From Escherichia phage LYE-01: a stretch of 64,000 bases of DNA. The notes beneath the pieces are model-generated. The model was not told where the DNA came from. It was given only the letters and a program-made list of their open reading frames with translations, and did no database searches. Shown here piece after piece: positions 27,616 to 37,566 of this stretch. How positions within the stretch are numbered: position 1 is the stretch's first letter; every line of letters begins with the position of its first letter. Both the position numbers and the translations under genes were made by a program. The stretch lies in the sequence record PQ303785.1. One strand, 5' to 3'.

Positions 27616-28101
27616 ATGGAAGCGATTTTGTTTGAAATGTATATTAGCAGTGATAGCATGTCGTTTGCTAAAGATGTTCCAATTACAGTAGCAGTAATGA
27701 TTGATAAGGGTTATTGTGACCCAATGTATCTAGTAGAAAATTTCGTTTCAATGCCAGTTCCAGAAGATGCTGAAATAAAGCTTAAAAAGATCGGAATTAT
27801 TGAAACTGTACCAAATATTCCGTTTAGAGCAATTGAAGCATTTACTAAATCCGAATACATTAATGTTAGCGCAGAACAATATAATGATAAGCCTTTATCT
27901 TTTTATTCGTACGATTCACTATATAGTTGGAAAATAGATAAAGGAAATAAATTTATAATTGCAAGTGAAGATGCTTTATCATACTTTATTTCTTCTGTAT
28001 GGAATAGTTTACATCCAAATTTGCTAAAAATTCATGAATTTGATGATGCTCCTACTGTTGTTTTAGGTAAAACAAATGAAAGTTCTGAAGAAAATGTTTG
28101 A
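27616..28101 (+). CDS. hypothetical protein (161 aa from ATG 27616; frame open from 27583)
   Basis: GAGGAAA SD before ATG 27616. Confidence 0.4.
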   Translation: MEAILFEMYISSDSMSFAKDVPITVAVMIDKGYCDPMYLVENFVSMPVPEDAEIKLKKIGIIETVPNIPFRAIEAFTKSEYINVSAEQYNDKPLSFYSYDSLYSWKIDKGNKFIIASEDALSYFISSVWNSLHPNLLKIHEFDDAPTVVLGKTNESSEENV

Positions 28102-28279
28102 ATGGTTCAATAGACCAAACTCAATGTATATTGACGATGGTTGGGTTGAACAAGCAAATAAAGAAATGCAGAACGAATCAGAAGAATGGATGAAATCAAT
28201 GATTAGTGCCGAGAAAGAAAAGAAATTAGAACGCTCAGCGCTTAAATTGATGAGAGACATCTATGGGGATAAATCATGA
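28076..28279 (+). CDS. hypothetical protein (67 aa)
   Basis: ORF overlapping previous end. Confidence 0.35.
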   Translation: MKVLKKMFEWFNRPNSMYIDDGWVEQANKEMQNESEEWMKSMISAEKEKKLERSALKLMRDIYGDKS

Positions 28280-28440
28280 ACAAAGATATGACGCTAGAAG
28301 AGGCCAAGGCTAAAGCAAATGAAGCATTGGATTTGCTTCTTAAAATTGGCAGTAAAATGATGGAAGAAAATGAGAAATATATCCAGGAAAACAAAATTCC
28401 TGACGGCCCGTTAGTAGGCAAGAGGAAATCACATGATTGA
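28276..28440 (+). CDS. hypothetical protein (54 aa)
   Basis: ATG overlaps upstream stop (ATGA); below track threshold. Confidence 0.25.
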   Translation: MNKDMTLEEAKAKANEALDLLLKIGSKMMEENEKYIQENKIPDGPLVGKRKSHD

Positions 28441-28903
28441 AGTAGCAAAACATTATTCAATAGAATTTATGTCTAAAGAAGGTAAATCAGTAAATACACT
28501 TGATAAAAAGTGCTCATTAATTATTCCTTTAGCAGAAAATCCGGATATTTTAATTAAAGATATAAAAGAAAGAAAATATCCAGAAAATGTTATTCTAATT
28601 ATAAAGCATACTGAAGATATTTTGCAGAATACTGATTCACCGTTTTCTTCTTCTGAAGCTTTAACTATCAAAGGCTATAAAAGAGCTCATGAATATGGTC
28701 TTTTTGACCTGTTTGAAGATGATAAAGTTAAATTAGCGAGTCAACCTTCTAAAAGTAAAACATTCATTATTGAAGATATTAAAGACATAAATGCATTTGT
28801 TAAGATGGTCTGGGCTCATTTTGATGTTGGACTACGCTGGAGAATGTCCGAAGAAGAAAGAAAAATTATTGAAGCTAATCGTTATTTTGGTTTTTATCGC
28901 TAG
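28433..28903 (+). CDS. hypothetical protein (156 aa)
   Basis: ORF with GAGGAAA SD. Confidence 0.4.
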   Translation: MIEVAKHYSIEFMSKEGKSVNTLDKKCSLIIPLAENPDILIKDIKERKYPENVILIIKHTEDILQNTDSPFSSSEALTIKGYKRAHEYGLFDLFEDDKVKLASQPSKSKTFIIEDIKDINAFVKMVWAHFDVGLRWRMSEEERKIIEANRYFGFYR

Positions 28904-28911
28904 GAATTAAT

Positions 28912-29094
28912 ATGGATTTATTTGAGATGTTAGAAGATAATCATTCTACGAATATCCAGAATGATTCTAGTGATTATAAGAAAGAGTACCGTATAGTATT
29001 ACAGAATTATGGAATTGAAGCCCCAGATGCTCTTCTAGAAGAACTAGCTTCATACCATCTTGACCCTCCGCCCTGGGCTCCCTGGGCAAAATAA
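28912..29094 (+). CDS. hypothetical acidic protein (60 aa)
   Basis: ORF with SD. Confidence 0.35.
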   Translation: MDLFEMLEDNHSTNIQNDSSDYKKEYRIVLQNYGIEAPDALLEELASYHLDPPPWAPWAK

Positions 29095-29105
29095 TTCAAA
29101 AAGTT

Positions 29106-29135
29106 GTTTACTTTCCTTCCTAACAATGATATGAT
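29106..29135 (+). promoter_or_regulatory. T4-type early promoter upstream of modB
   Basis: AAAGTTGTTTAC, 18 nt spacer, TATGAT. Confidence 0.5.
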
Positions 29136-29161
29136 AGCTTCTGAAGTATATGGAGGCTATC

Positions 29162-29785
29162 ATGATTATTAATCTTGCAGATGTTGAACAGTTATCTATA
29201 AAAGCTGAAAGCGTTGATTTTCAATATGATATGTATAAAAAGGTCTGTGAAAAATTTACTGACTTTGAGCAGTCAGTTCTTTGGCAATGTATGGAAGCCA
29301 AAAAGAATGAAGCTCTTCATCGGCAGTTGAATAAAATCGTTAAAAAGCATTTAACTGAATCACCTTATCAGTTATATCGTGGTATATCAAAATCGACAAA
29401 AGAACTCATTAAAGATTTACAAGTTGGAGAAGTGTTTTCAACGAACAGAGTAGATTCATTTACTACTAGTTTGCATACAGCGTGTTCTTTTTCTTATGCT
29501 GAATATTTCACTGAAATAGTACTTCGCTTAAAAACTGATAAAGCTTTTAATTACTCTGACCATATCAGCGATATTATACTTTCTTCTCCTAATACTGAGT
29601 TTAAGTATACATATGAAGATACTGATGGATTAGATTCAGAACGTACTGATAACTTAATGATGATTGTGCGTGAACAAGAATGGATGATTCCAATTGGAAA
29701 GTATAAAATAACTTCTATTTCAAAAGAAAAATTACACGATTCATTTGGAACATTTAAAGTGTATGATATTGAGGTAGTTGAATGA
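29162..29785 (+). CDS. modB: ModB-like ADP-ribosyltransferase (207 aa from ATG 29162)
   Basis: Paralogous to the downstream ModA-like ORF; GGAGG SD before ATG 29162; position upstream of modA. Confidence 0.55.
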   Translation: MIINLADVEQLSIKAESVDFQYDMYKKVCEKFTDFEQSVLWQCMEAKKNEALHRQLNKIVKKHLTESPYQLYRGISKSTKELIKDLQVGEVFSTNRVDSFTTSLHTACSFSYAEYFTEIVLRLKTDKAFNYSDHISDIILSSPNTEFKYTYEDTDGLDSERTDNLMMIVREQEWMIPIGKYKITSISKEKLHDSFGTFKVYDIEVVE

Positions 29786-30384
29786 AATATTCAGCAATGC
29801 AATTAAAAGATTTTAAAATCAAATCAATGAATGCATCGGTGCGTGCTTCTATTCGTGAAGAATTACTTTCTGAAGGATTTAATTTATCTGAAATTGAACT
29901 TTTAATTCATTGTATTACTAATAAGCCAGACGATCATTCTTGGTTAAATGAAATAATCAAATCTCGTTTGGTTCCAAACGATAAACCTCTTTGGAGAGGT
30001 GTTCCAGTTGAGACTAAACAGGTGTTAAATCAAGGAATTGATATTATTACATTTGATAAAGTAGTATCAGCTTCATATGATAAAAATATAGCTCTGCATT
30101 TTGCTTCTGGATTAGAATACAACACACAAGTTATTTTTGAATTCAAAGCTCCTATGGTATTTAATTTTCAGGAGTATGCTATAAAAGCTCTACGTTGTAA
30201 AGAATATAGTCCGAGTTTTAAGTTTCCGGATAGCCATCGCTATCGTAATATGGAATTAGTTTCAGATGAACAAGAAGTAATGATACCAGCTGGAAGTGTA
30301 TTTAGAATTGCAGATAGATATGAGTATAAAAAGCATTCAACATACACTATCTATACTCTTGACTTTGAAGGATTTAATCTATAA
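29782..30384 (+). CDS. modA: ModA-like ADP-ribosyltransferase (200 aa)
   Basis: 200 aa; R-S-E-type ART features; position before srd/dda as T4 modA. Confidence 0.6.
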   Translation: MKYSAMQLKDFKIKSMNASVRASIREELLSEGFNLSEIELLIHCITNKPDDHSWLNEIIKSRLVPNDKPLWRGVPVETKQVLNQGIDIITFDKVVSASYDKNIALHFASGLEYNTQVIFEFKAPMVFNFQEYAIKALRCKEYSPSFKFPDSHRYRNMELVSDEQEVMIPAGSVFRIADRYEYKKHSTYTIYTLDFEGFNL

Positions 30385-30440
30385 TGGAAGGACTTAGATT
30401 CATTATACCATGAAAGTTTTAAAGCATTTTTCATAAAGTT

Positions 30441-30470
30441 GTTTACAAGCTGAAGTAAAAATGATATAGT
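30441..30470 (+). promoter_or_regulatory. T4-type early promoter upstream of srd
   Basis: AAAGTTGTTTAC, 18 nt spacer, TGATATAGT. Confidence 0.5.
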
Positions 30471-30499
30471 ATAAGTAGTTAACCGTCCGTGAGAAAAAT

Positions 30500-31246
30500 A
30501 TGAAACTGTCTAAAAATCAAATTCGTAAAATTACACGTCGTTTAGAGCATACTCAGGCATCAGCTAAAAGACGTTCTAAAGATTTTAACTTAGACTTCAA
30601 TTACATTAAGAATATTTTAGATCAAAAAGTTTGTGCCTATTCAGGAGAACCTTTTGATAATCGTATTGAAGGAGAGAAATTATCATTAGAACGTTTTGAT
30701 AATAACATTGGATACATTAAAGGGAATGTTATTGCAGTAAAGAAAAAGTATAATACATTTCGTTCTGATTATACTTTAGAAGAGTTGATTGAAAAGCGTG
30801 ATTTATTTGCTTTGCGAATTGGTCGTTCATCTGCGAAAAAAGTTCATAAACTAAATTTAGATGAAAAGAAATGGGCTAAAATCAAAAAGACTTATAATCA
30901 AATTAAAGCTATACAGAAGAAACGTGAAAACCGAATTGAGCACATTTCTCAGCTTTCTAAATCAAAACAAACTTCTGACGTTAAGCTAACGATTATAGCA
31001 CTTAAAGCTCGTATTGATGGTTCTCGTATAGCAGAAGGCGCTGAAGTTGTTAAATTAAACGTTCTTCTTAAAGGCTCAGATTGGAAAACCGTGAAAAAGT
31101 TGTCAGAAGCAGAAATGCAATATGATATGTGTGATAAAATTATTCAAGGTGTAGAGCGGTATCAAAACTTGTCTTTTATTGATAAACTTAAACTGAAAAG
31201 AGGATACCCGCTAAATTGTTCAATTTTTAAACTTATCCGAGGATAA
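30500..31246 (+). CDS. srd: Srd-like protein (248 aa)
   Basis: Size and position between modA and dda (recall of T4 order); no motif verified. Confidence 0.45.
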   Translation: MKLSKNQIRKITRRLEHTQASAKRRSKDFNLDFNYIKNILDQKVCAYSGEPFDNRIEGEKLSLERFDNNIGYIKGNVIAVKKKYNTFRSDYTLEELIEKRDLFALRIGRSSAKKVHKLNLDEKKWAKIKKTYNQIKAIQKKRENRIEHISQLSKSKQTSDVKLTIIALKARIDGSRIAEGAEVVKLNVLLKGSDWKTVKKLSEAEMQYDMCDKIIQGVERYQNLSFIDKLKLKRGYPLNCSIFKLIRG

Positions 31247-31247
31247 T

Positions 31248-31559
31248 ATGTTTTATGTATATGCGATAGTGTATAGAGATAAAGATGGATTTGCGGTGCC
31301 TGTTCCTCTTGATGAACATCGCCCTGCTGTATTTTTTGAAAGGGAGATTGCTGATAAAGTATTTACAACTCTTAAAGATCAGTATCAACTAGCTTTAGGT
31401 ATGGGAATTCCGAGATTAGTTGAGACTCCACGCAAGTTTTGGTTTAATAAAATAGAAGTTAAACATGTTAAGCCTGATGTAGACACGCAAAGATTATATA
31501 GGCGAATTTTAGATACTGGGCGTATTGTTAGTATACCAATTGCAGGGAATTTACGATGA
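31248..31559 (+). CDS. hypothetical protein, dda.1 position (103 aa)
   Basis: ORF tightly coupled between srd and dda. Confidence 0.45.
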   Translation: MFYVYAIVYRDKDGFAVPVPLDEHRPAVFFEREIADKVFTTLKDQYQLALGMGIPRLVETPRKFWFNKIEVKHVKPDVDTQRLYRRILDTGRIVSIPIAGNLR

Positions 31560-32875
31560 CATTTGATGATTTGACAGAAGGCCAGAAAAATGCCTTTAAC
31601 ATCGTTATGAGGGCTATTAAAGAAAAGAAACATCATGTAACTATTAATGGACCTGCTGGTACTGGTAAGACTACTCTTACTAAGTTCATCATTGAAGCTT
31701 TAATATCTACAGGCGAAACTGGAATTATTTTAGCAGCTCCTACACATGCAGCTAAAAAGATTCTTTCAAAACTATCAGGGAAAGAAGCGAGTACTATTCA
31801 CAGTATTCTTAAAATTAACCCAGTAACATACGAAGAAAACGTTCTTTTTGAACAAAAAGAAGTACCGGATTTAGCTAAATGCAGAGTATTAATCTGCGAC
31901 GAAGTATCAATGTATGATAGAAAGCTATTTAAAATTCTGCTTTCAACTATTCCACCTTGGTGTACTATAATTGGAATAGGCGATAATAAGCAAATTAGAC
32001 CTGTTGACCCAGGAGAAAACACTGCTTATATCAGTCCATTCTTTACGCACAAAGATTTTTATCAATGTGAACTCACTGAAGTTAAACGCAGTAATGCTCC
32101 TATTATTGATGTAGCTACTGATGTTCGCAACGGTAAGTGGATTTATGATAAAATTGTTGACGGGCATGGAGTACGTGGATTTACTGGTGATACCGCTTTA
32201 CGCGATTTTATGGTAAATTATTTTTCAATCGTAAAATCGCTAGATGATTTGTTTGAAAATCGTGTAATGGCATTTACGAATAAATCTGTTGATAAGTTAA
32301 ATAGCATTATTCGCAAAAAGATTTTTGAAACTGATAAAGATTTTATCGTTGGTGAAATTATTGTAATGCAGGAACCATTAATTAAAACATATAAAATTGA
32401 TGGAAAGCCTGTGTCAGAAATTATTTTTAATAACGGGCAATTAGTTCGTATTATAGAAGCAGAGTATACATCAACATTTGTTAAAGCTCGTGGTGTTTCT
32501 GGAGAATATCTAATTCGTCATTGGGATTTAACAGTAGAAACTTACGGCGATGATGAATATTATCGTGAAAAGATTAAAATAATTTCATCTGATGAAGAGC
32601 TGTATAAGTTTAACTTATTTTTAGGTAAAACGGCAGAAACTTATAAAAATTGGAATAAAGGTGGAAAAGCTCCGTGGAGTGATTTTTGGGATGCTAAATC
32701 GCAGTTTAGTAAAGTGAAAGCACTTCCTGCATCAACGTTCCATAAAGCGCAGGGTATGTCTGTAGACCGTGCTTTCATCTATACGCCTTGTATTCATTAT
32801 GCAGACGCTGAATTGGCTCAGCAGCTTCTTTATGTTGGTGTCACTCGTGGTCGTTATGATGTGTTTTATGTATGA
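31556..32875 (+). CDS. dda: Dda DNA helicase (SF1B, 439 aa)
   Basis: Begins MTFDDLTEGQKNAFNIV; Walker A GPAGTGKTT; 439 aa as T4 Dda. Confidence 0.9.
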   Translation: MTFDDLTEGQKNAFNIVMRAIKEKKHHVTINGPAGTGKTTLTKFIIEALISTGETGIILAAPTHAAKKILSKLSGKEASTIHSILKINPVTYEENVLFEQKEVPDLAKCRVLICDEVSMYDRKLFKILLSTIPPWCTIIGIGDNKQIRPVDPGENTAYISPFFTHKDFYQCELTEVKRSNAPIIDVATDVRNGKWIYDKIVDGHGVRGFTGDTALRDFMVNYFSIVKSLDDLFENRVMAFTNKSVDKLNSIIRKKIFETDKDFIVGEIIVMQEPLIKTYKIDGKPVSEIIFNNGQLVRIIEAEYTSTFVKARGVSGEYLIRHWDLTVETYGDDEYYREKIKIISSDEELYKFNLFLGKTAETYKNWNKGGKAPWSDFWDAKSQFSKVKALPASTFHKAQGMSVDRAFIYTPCIHYADAELAQQLLYVGVTRGRYDVFYV

Positions 32876-32896
32876 TTAAATTTGAGGAAGCTATTC

Positions 32897-33142
32897 GTGG
32901 AAATAACTAAAGATCAGTTTTATCTTCTTCAAGATAAAGTAAGCGAAATTTATGAAATTGCTTATAGCAAAAATCGTGAAACTGTAAAAATAGAATCTAG
33001 TAAGTTGATGCTTCAATTAGAAGAAATTGAACGAGATTTAATTGCGTTAGAATTCTTTTGTGGTGAAGTTAAAACTGTTACAATCAATGATTACGTTTTA
33101 GGCGAAATTAGCTATCTTTATAAGGCGATTATTAATGATTGA
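32897..33142 (+). CDS. hypothetical protein (81 aa from GTG 32897), paralog of next ORF
   Basis: Shares LEEI..D...DY.LG.I motif with ORF 33135. Confidence 0.4.
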   Translation: MEITKDQFYLLQDKVSEIYEIAYSKNRETVKIESSKLMLQLEEIERDLIALEFFCGEVKTVTINDYVLGEISYLYKAIIND

Positions 33143-33377
33143 ATTAAGTTGGTACCAATTTAAATCTCTTATGACAAATGTTAAAGCTGTCATTGAAGAA
33201 AATCCGGGTCCTGAAAATATTACTATTCGCGAAAAAGCTTTAAAGATAGTATACAGTCTTGAAGAAATACAAAAAGATATTGAATCTATGGCAAAATTTA
33301 TTGATGAGCCTATCAATAAAGTTTATATTCAAGACTATACTGTAGGTCAAATTCGTGATTTAGCGAGGAAAATTTAA
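33135..33377 (+). CDS. hypothetical protein (80 aa), paralog of previous ORF
   Basis: Tandem paralog, overlapping stop/start. Confidence 0.4.
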   Translation: MIELSWYQFKSLMTNVKAVIEENPGPENITIREKALKIVYSLEEIQKDIESMAKFIDEPINKVYIQDYTVGQIRDLARKI

Positions 33378-34060
33378 TGTTTGATTTTATTATAGATTTT
33401 GAAACAATGGGAAGCGGTGAAAAAGCAGCTGTTATTGATTTGGCTGTAATTGCTTTTGACCCTAACCCAGAAGTAGTTGAAACATTTGATGAATTAGTTT
33501 CACGCGGCATTAAAATCAAATTTGATTTAAAAAGCCAAAAAGGACATCGTCTTTTTACTAAAAGCACTATCGAATGGTGGAAGAATCAATCTCCTGAAGC
33601 TAGAAAAAATATTGCACCATCCGATGAAGATGTAAGCACTATCGATGGTATTGCAAAATTTAATGATTACATTAATGCACATAATATCGATCCTTGGAAA
33701 TCTCAAGGCTGGTGTCGTGGAATGTCATTTGATTTTCCAATTTTAGTCGATCTCATTCGTGATATTCAGCGTCTTAATGGTGTATCTGAGAATGAGCTTG
33801 ACACATTTAAGTTAGAACCATGTAAATTCTGGAATCAGCGTGATATTCGTACCAGAATTGAAGCACTTCTCCTTGTTCGTGATATGACCACATGTCCTCT
33901 TCCAAAGGGAACTTTAGATGGATTCGTTGCACATGATTCTATTCATGACTGTGCGAAAGACATCCTGATGATGAAGTATGCTTTGCGATATGCTATGGGT
34001 CTTGAAGATGCTCCGTCAGAGGAAGATTGCGATCCTCTATCTCTTCCAACAAAACGATAA
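33377..34060 (+). CDS. dexA: DexA exonuclease A (DEDD 3-5 exonuclease, 227 aa)
   Basis: N-terminal DFETMG exo motif; 227 aa; position as T4 dexA. Confidence 0.8.
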   Translation: MFDFIIDFETMGSGEKAAVIDLAVIAFDPNPEVVETFDELVSRGIKIKFDLKSQKGHRLFTKSTIEWWKNQSPEARKNIAPSDEDVSTIDGIAKFNDYINAHNIDPWKSQGWCRGMSFDFPILVDLIRDIQRLNGVSENELDTFKLEPCKFWNQRDIRTRIEALLLVRDMTTCPLPKGTLDGFVAHDSIHDCAKDILMMKYALRYAMGLEDAPSEEDCDPLSLPTKR

Positions 34061-34066
34061 AAAGTT

Positions 34067-34096
34067 GTTTACTTCCTCGGTTAGTTGTGGTATTAT
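34067..34096 (+). promoter_or_regulatory. T4-type early promoter
   Basis: AAAAGTTGTTTAC, 18 nt spacer, TGTGGTATTAT; GAGGATAAT SD leader. Confidence 0.55.
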
Positions 34097-34123
34097 AACA
34101 CCATAGCTACTGAGGATAATAAA

Positions 34124-34624
34124 ATGAAAATTTATCGTGTTGAATCATCTTTTAGTATTCTTAATTATGAAGATGCTATAACAATACGTCGAAATCTTTG
34201 TGTTCAAATAACGCCGTACAGGAGTATAATAGATTCATGGAGCGAAGAGTGGTTATTACACGTAGGTTATGATAGACCTAATTTTATGCATCATAGCGAT
34301 AATAATAAAAGAATTCCTTTACCACACGAAGATAAACTATTAGTTAAAAACGCTAATATAGTAATTAATACTAAGTTCAAGAAAGATTATGTTGGAGTAG
34401 AATATCATATTCCAGGATGGTTTATAGCTCTTTATCATTTTGCTTTCGCTAGTGAATATGATATGATGAGATGGTTCACACGAGAAGAGCGGGAAGAATT
34501 ATCTTCTAAAGGATTTTATCTTGCTGTATACGAAGTGCCAGATGACCAAGTTATCATTGGCAGGCGCCAAGTAATGTTCCGCAAATCACATGCTGAACTC
34601 GTAGATTTTATTGAAATGAGATAA
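34124..34624 (+). CDS. hypothetical protein (166 aa from ATG 34124)
   Basis: ORF after early promoter and SD. Confidence 0.4.
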   Translation: MKIYRVESSFSILNYEDAITIRRNLCVQITPYRSIIDSWSEEWLLHVGYDRPNFMHHSDNNKRIPLPHEDKLLVKNANIVINTKFKKDYVGVEYHIPGWFIALYHFAFASEYDMMRWFTREEREELSSKGFYLAVYEVPDDQVIIGRRQVMFRKSHAELVDFIEMR

Positions 34625-34625
34625 T

Positions 34626-35168
34626 ATGAAATTTAATTATACTCCTGAATACACACCAAATCCGGCAGCTAAACTGATTGATTTTGATGTTGTAAGCACT
34701 TATGTATGCCCTGTTAAACCACTGGAAATTAAGGAACCTACTATGACTACCGCTATTGAAATCGGCAAAACCTACAAACTGGTTGAAACTGAAATTAAAA
34801 CTAATGCCTTAATTTCCGGCCATAAAATTTTGACTGATGTTTTTGGCGAAGGCGAATTTACCGTTGAAGACTTTGAAAAAAGTAAATGGTTTACTAAATC
34901 TTATATTGTCCACGGTCGTCGTTTAGACAATAACAAAATAGAGAAAATCCTGGTTTATGAAGCAGAGTTCATCCTGTTCCAAGAAGTTGAAGAACAAGAC
35001 CCTACCGACCTTCTAACTCGTGCAGTAGCTATTAAGACCCCATTTATTTCGGTCTGCGGTTGGGTAACAGACCAGTGGGTTGAAGACGGTGTTGAACTTC
35101 TAAACGTTGTTCATGCAGGTGATTTTAGCGTAGTACCTCGTAGTGCGGTGGTAGCTATTTTAAATTAA
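34626..35168 (+). CDS. MotB paralog (180 aa)
   Basis: C-terminal GWVTDQWVEDGVELLNVV shared with MotB (GYITDQWVEDGVKLYNVV). Confidence 0.5.
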   Translation: MKFNYTPEYTPNPAAKLIDFDVVSTYVCPVKPLEIKEPTMTTAIEIGKTYKLVETEIKTNALISGHKILTDVFGEGEFTVEDFEKSKWFTKSYIVHGRRLDNNKIEKILVYEAEFILFQEVEEQDPTDLLTRAVAIKTPFISVCGWVTDQWVEDGVELLNVVHAGDFSVVPRSAVVAILN

Positions 35169-35170
35169 TA

Positions 35171-35206
35171 GTTTACAAACTCTTGGGACCGGAGTATAAT
35201 GGTCCC
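35171..35206 (+). promoter_or_regulatory. early promoter with -10 TATAAT inside a GGGACC/GGTCCC hairpin
   Basis: TAGTTTAC, 18 nt spacer, TATAAT; 6-bp inverted repeat flanks the -10. Confidence 0.5.
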
Positions 35207-35244
35207 GCGGAGTATAAAATCTTTTTAACAAGTGAGAGATAACT

Positions 35245-35733
35245 ATGATTATTAATATTGGTGAAATTGCTCGTGTATCTGATAAATCTCGTTCTAAAGC
35301 AGCAGGAAAATTGGTCGAAATTGTAAGCATTCAGCTTAAACACGGCGTTAAAGATGAAGATTCTGAAGTAAAAGTGCGTATCATTCCTAAAGATGGAAAG
35401 TCTAAACCTCAGTTTGGCTATGTTCGTGCGAAATTTCTTGAATCTGCGTTTTTGAAAGCTGTTCCCGCTAAAGGAATTGAGACGATTGATACTTCGCATG
35501 TAGGTGTAGACTTTAAGTGGAAACTCGGTCAATCTATTAAGTTCATTGCTCCTTGCGAATTTAAATTCATTCCAGATGATGGAAAGGCTGTTTATACTCG
35601 TGCTATGTGTGGATACATTACCGATCAATGGGTAGAAGATGGTGTTAAGTTGTACAACGTGGTATTTTTAGGAACATACAAAGTCATTCCTGAAAGTTGG
35701 ATTAAACACTATAGAAATGCGCTCTATGCATAA
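35245..35733 (+). CDS. motB: MotB-like protein (162 aa)
   Basis: 162 aa; position between dexA and 39 as T4 motB. Confidence 0.55.
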   Translation: MIINIGEIARVSDKSRSKAAGKLVEIVSIQLKHGVKDEDSEVKVRIIPKDGKSKPQFGYVRAKFLESAFLKAVPAKGIETIDTSHVGVDFKWKLGQSIKFIAPCEFKFIPDDGKAVYTRAMCGYITDQWVEDGVKLYNVVFLGTYKVIPESWIKHYRNALYA

Positions 35734-35781
35734 AGTTTAAAATTTTTTCATAAAACTATATACATCAGTAGTTGATTATGG

Positions 35782-35830
35782 TACTATATCAATATCAACT
35801 ACTGATACAGAAAACAACTTGGAGAATAAA
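35782..35830 (+). repeat. PeSL-like leader copy with degenerate -35 (TACTAT, TATCA-ACTAC-TGATA hairpin, GGAGAAT SD)
   Basis: Near-identical to the 47594-47640 copy. Confidence 0.45.
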
Positions 35831-36100
35831 ATGGAAAACTTAATTATCATCGAACAATCTTTCAACGATTATGGTATGGCTTACGGTTATCGTGCGATAA
35901 TGGAAGATTCTCGTGGATGTGTTATCGATATTGCTGAATGTAAAGATTTACTGCAGCTTTTGAAGATTGTTCGCAAAAATTGGGATTGTGAAAACATTAA
36001 AGTTCGTGTTGTAACGGAAGAAGAAACTGTTTTTCATGATGTAAAATTTGCCAAAGGTGCTGCTACTCTTCTGAAACGCATCGCTCCACTGTTCAATTAA
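35831..36100 (+). CDS. hypothetical protein (89 aa from ATG 35831)
   Basis: ORF behind the conserved GGAGAATAAAATG leader. Confidence 0.4.
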   Translation: MENLIIIEQSFNDYGMAYGYRAIMEDSRGCVIDIAECKDLLQLLKIVRKNWDCENIKVRVVTEEETVFHDVKFAKGAATLLKRIAPLFN

Positions 36101-36113
36101 TGAGGAAATTGTA

Positions 36114-36329
36114 ATGAAACGTAAAATTGTTCAGAACTGCACTAATGACGAATTTGAAGATGTATTATTCGATCCAGATTTGGTAGTAGTTCAAAAGGAA
36201 CACACCATTAAGTTTACCCACTTGACTTCGGTTTATGTGTATGAAAAGGTTGGTGATAAACAACCAATTTACGGTGTATTTCGTGAAATTACTGAAGATG
36301 GCACAACTTACTGGAAGGAAATTTATTAA
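36114..36329 (+). CDS. hypothetical protein (71 aa)
   Basis: ORF with GAGGAAA SD. Confidence 0.35.
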   Translation: MKRKIVQNCTNDEFEDVLFDPDLVVVQKEHTIKFTHLTSVYVYEKVGDKQPIYGVFREITEDGTTYWKEIY

Positions 36330-36748
36330 TGGCTATTAAATTTGAAGTTAATAAATGGTATCAATTTAAAAATAAACAAGCTCAAGAAAATTTTATTAAA
36401 GACCATACTGATAACGGAATCTATGCACGACGTTTAGGTATAGAACCTTTTAAAATTTTAGATGTTGACTATTACGGGCGTCCTACTAAAATTGTGACAT
36501 CTACTGGCACAATTGGATATTCAACATGTGGTACAGTCATTGACGAAAACTTTATCTGGCTCTCTACTAACGAAGCTGAGTTCTTTGATGAAGTTGAAAA
36601 TCCATATCAGGCATCTGAAGAGCAAGGGCAGGAAGAGCAAGAACAAATAGAAGATTTCACAGAATTCCCTGTCATGAAAGTTACTATTGAAAATAATGAA
36701 CAGGCATGGTCCTTGTATCAGATGTTGAAAGCACACTTTAAGGAATAA
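36329..36748 (+). CDS. hypothetical protein with acidic Q/E-rich linker (139 aa)
   Basis: ORF overlapping previous stop. Confidence 0.35.
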   Translation: MAIKFEVNKWYQFKNKQAQENFIKDHTDNGIYARRLGIEPFKILDVDYYGRPTKIVTSTGTIGYSTCGTVIDENFIWLSTNEAEFFDEVENPYQASEEQGQEEQEQIEDFTEFPVMKVTIENNEQAWSLYQMLKAHFKE

Positions 36749-36750
36749 TT

Positions 36751-36927
36751 ATGCCAATGTATGATTATAAATGCCAATCCGAAGATTGTGGGCATGAATA
36801 TGAAAAAATTAAAAAGATTTCTGAACGAGAAAATGATGTTTGCCCTAAATGTCATCGTTTGTCTACTCGTCGGCCTTCTGCTCCTAAGCATGTGAATGGT
36901 GGATTTTACGACTTACTTAAAGGGTAA
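36751..36927 (+). CDS. putative zinc-ribbon protein (58 aa)
   Basis: CxxC...CxxC (YKCQSEDCGHEY...DVCPKCHRL), FmdB-like arrangement. Confidence 0.35.
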   Translation: MPMYDYKCQSEDCGHEYEKIKKISERENDVCPKCHRLSTRRPSAPKHVNGGFYDLLKG

Positions 36928-36929
36928 TT

Positions 36930-37301
36930 ATGTTTAAAATCGGTAAGAAATATCGTGTTCGCGAAGGTGAAGAAAAGAAATATCTACTTTCTTCTATTTA
37001 TAGGAATAGTTCTATTAATACTGTAATATCTACAAGCGAATTTATCGTTGAAGATATGAAAGGTCATAATGTTACAATGATTAGTACAGCATCTGGAAAT
37101 GATGGAAAAATTCTTCACAGCTTTCAGAGTAATGTTCTAATTTATGATGAAGAATTTGACTTCTTCGAAGAAGTTACAGAAGATTTTGATTTTGGATGCA
37201 CCATCACTATGAAATCTGGTGACCCTCTTTCATTTACGGTTAAAGATGAAAGAAGTCGCTTGAGAATTATTAGTCTTCTTCAAGCCATTAAATTTGAGTG
37301 A
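36930..37301 (+). CDS. hypothetical protein (123 aa)
   Basis: ORF. Confidence 0.4.
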   Translation: MFKIGKKYRVREGEEKKYLLSSIYRNSSINTVISTSEFIVEDMKGHNVTMISTASGNDGKILHSFQSNVLIYDEEFDFFEEVTEDFDFGCTITMKSGDPLSFTVKDERSRLRIISLLQAIKFE

Positions 37302-37305
37302 AATT

Positions 37306-37566
37306 ATGAAATATGTTAATCGTTCTATCGCGGCATTAGTATTAGCAGTATCTTTAGTAGGATGTACTGATGCTGATAATGCAACCAAAGTTTTGTCTTC
37401 AAGTGGGTTTACTAATATTGAAATCACTGGATACAATTGGTTTGGTTGCTCTGAAAATGATTTCCAACACACTGGATTTCGTGCTATTGGACCTACTGGG
37501 CAGAAAGTAGAAGGAACCGTGTGTTCTGGTCTATTCTTCAAGGATTCGACTATCCGTTTTAAATAA
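37306..37566 (+). CDS. predicted lipoprotein (86 aa from ATG 37306)
   Basis: Signal peptide plus lipobox (AVSLVGC). Confidence 0.45.
   Translation: MKYVNRSIAALVLAVSLVGCTDADNATKVLSSSGFTNIEITGYNWFGCSENDFQHTGFRAIGPTGQKVEGTVCSGLFFKDSTIRFK

Noticed and set aside
35173-35628. Minus-strand 151-aa ORF antisense to motB
   Set aside because: Entirely antisense to a conserved plus-strand gene, with no promoter or RBS signal.
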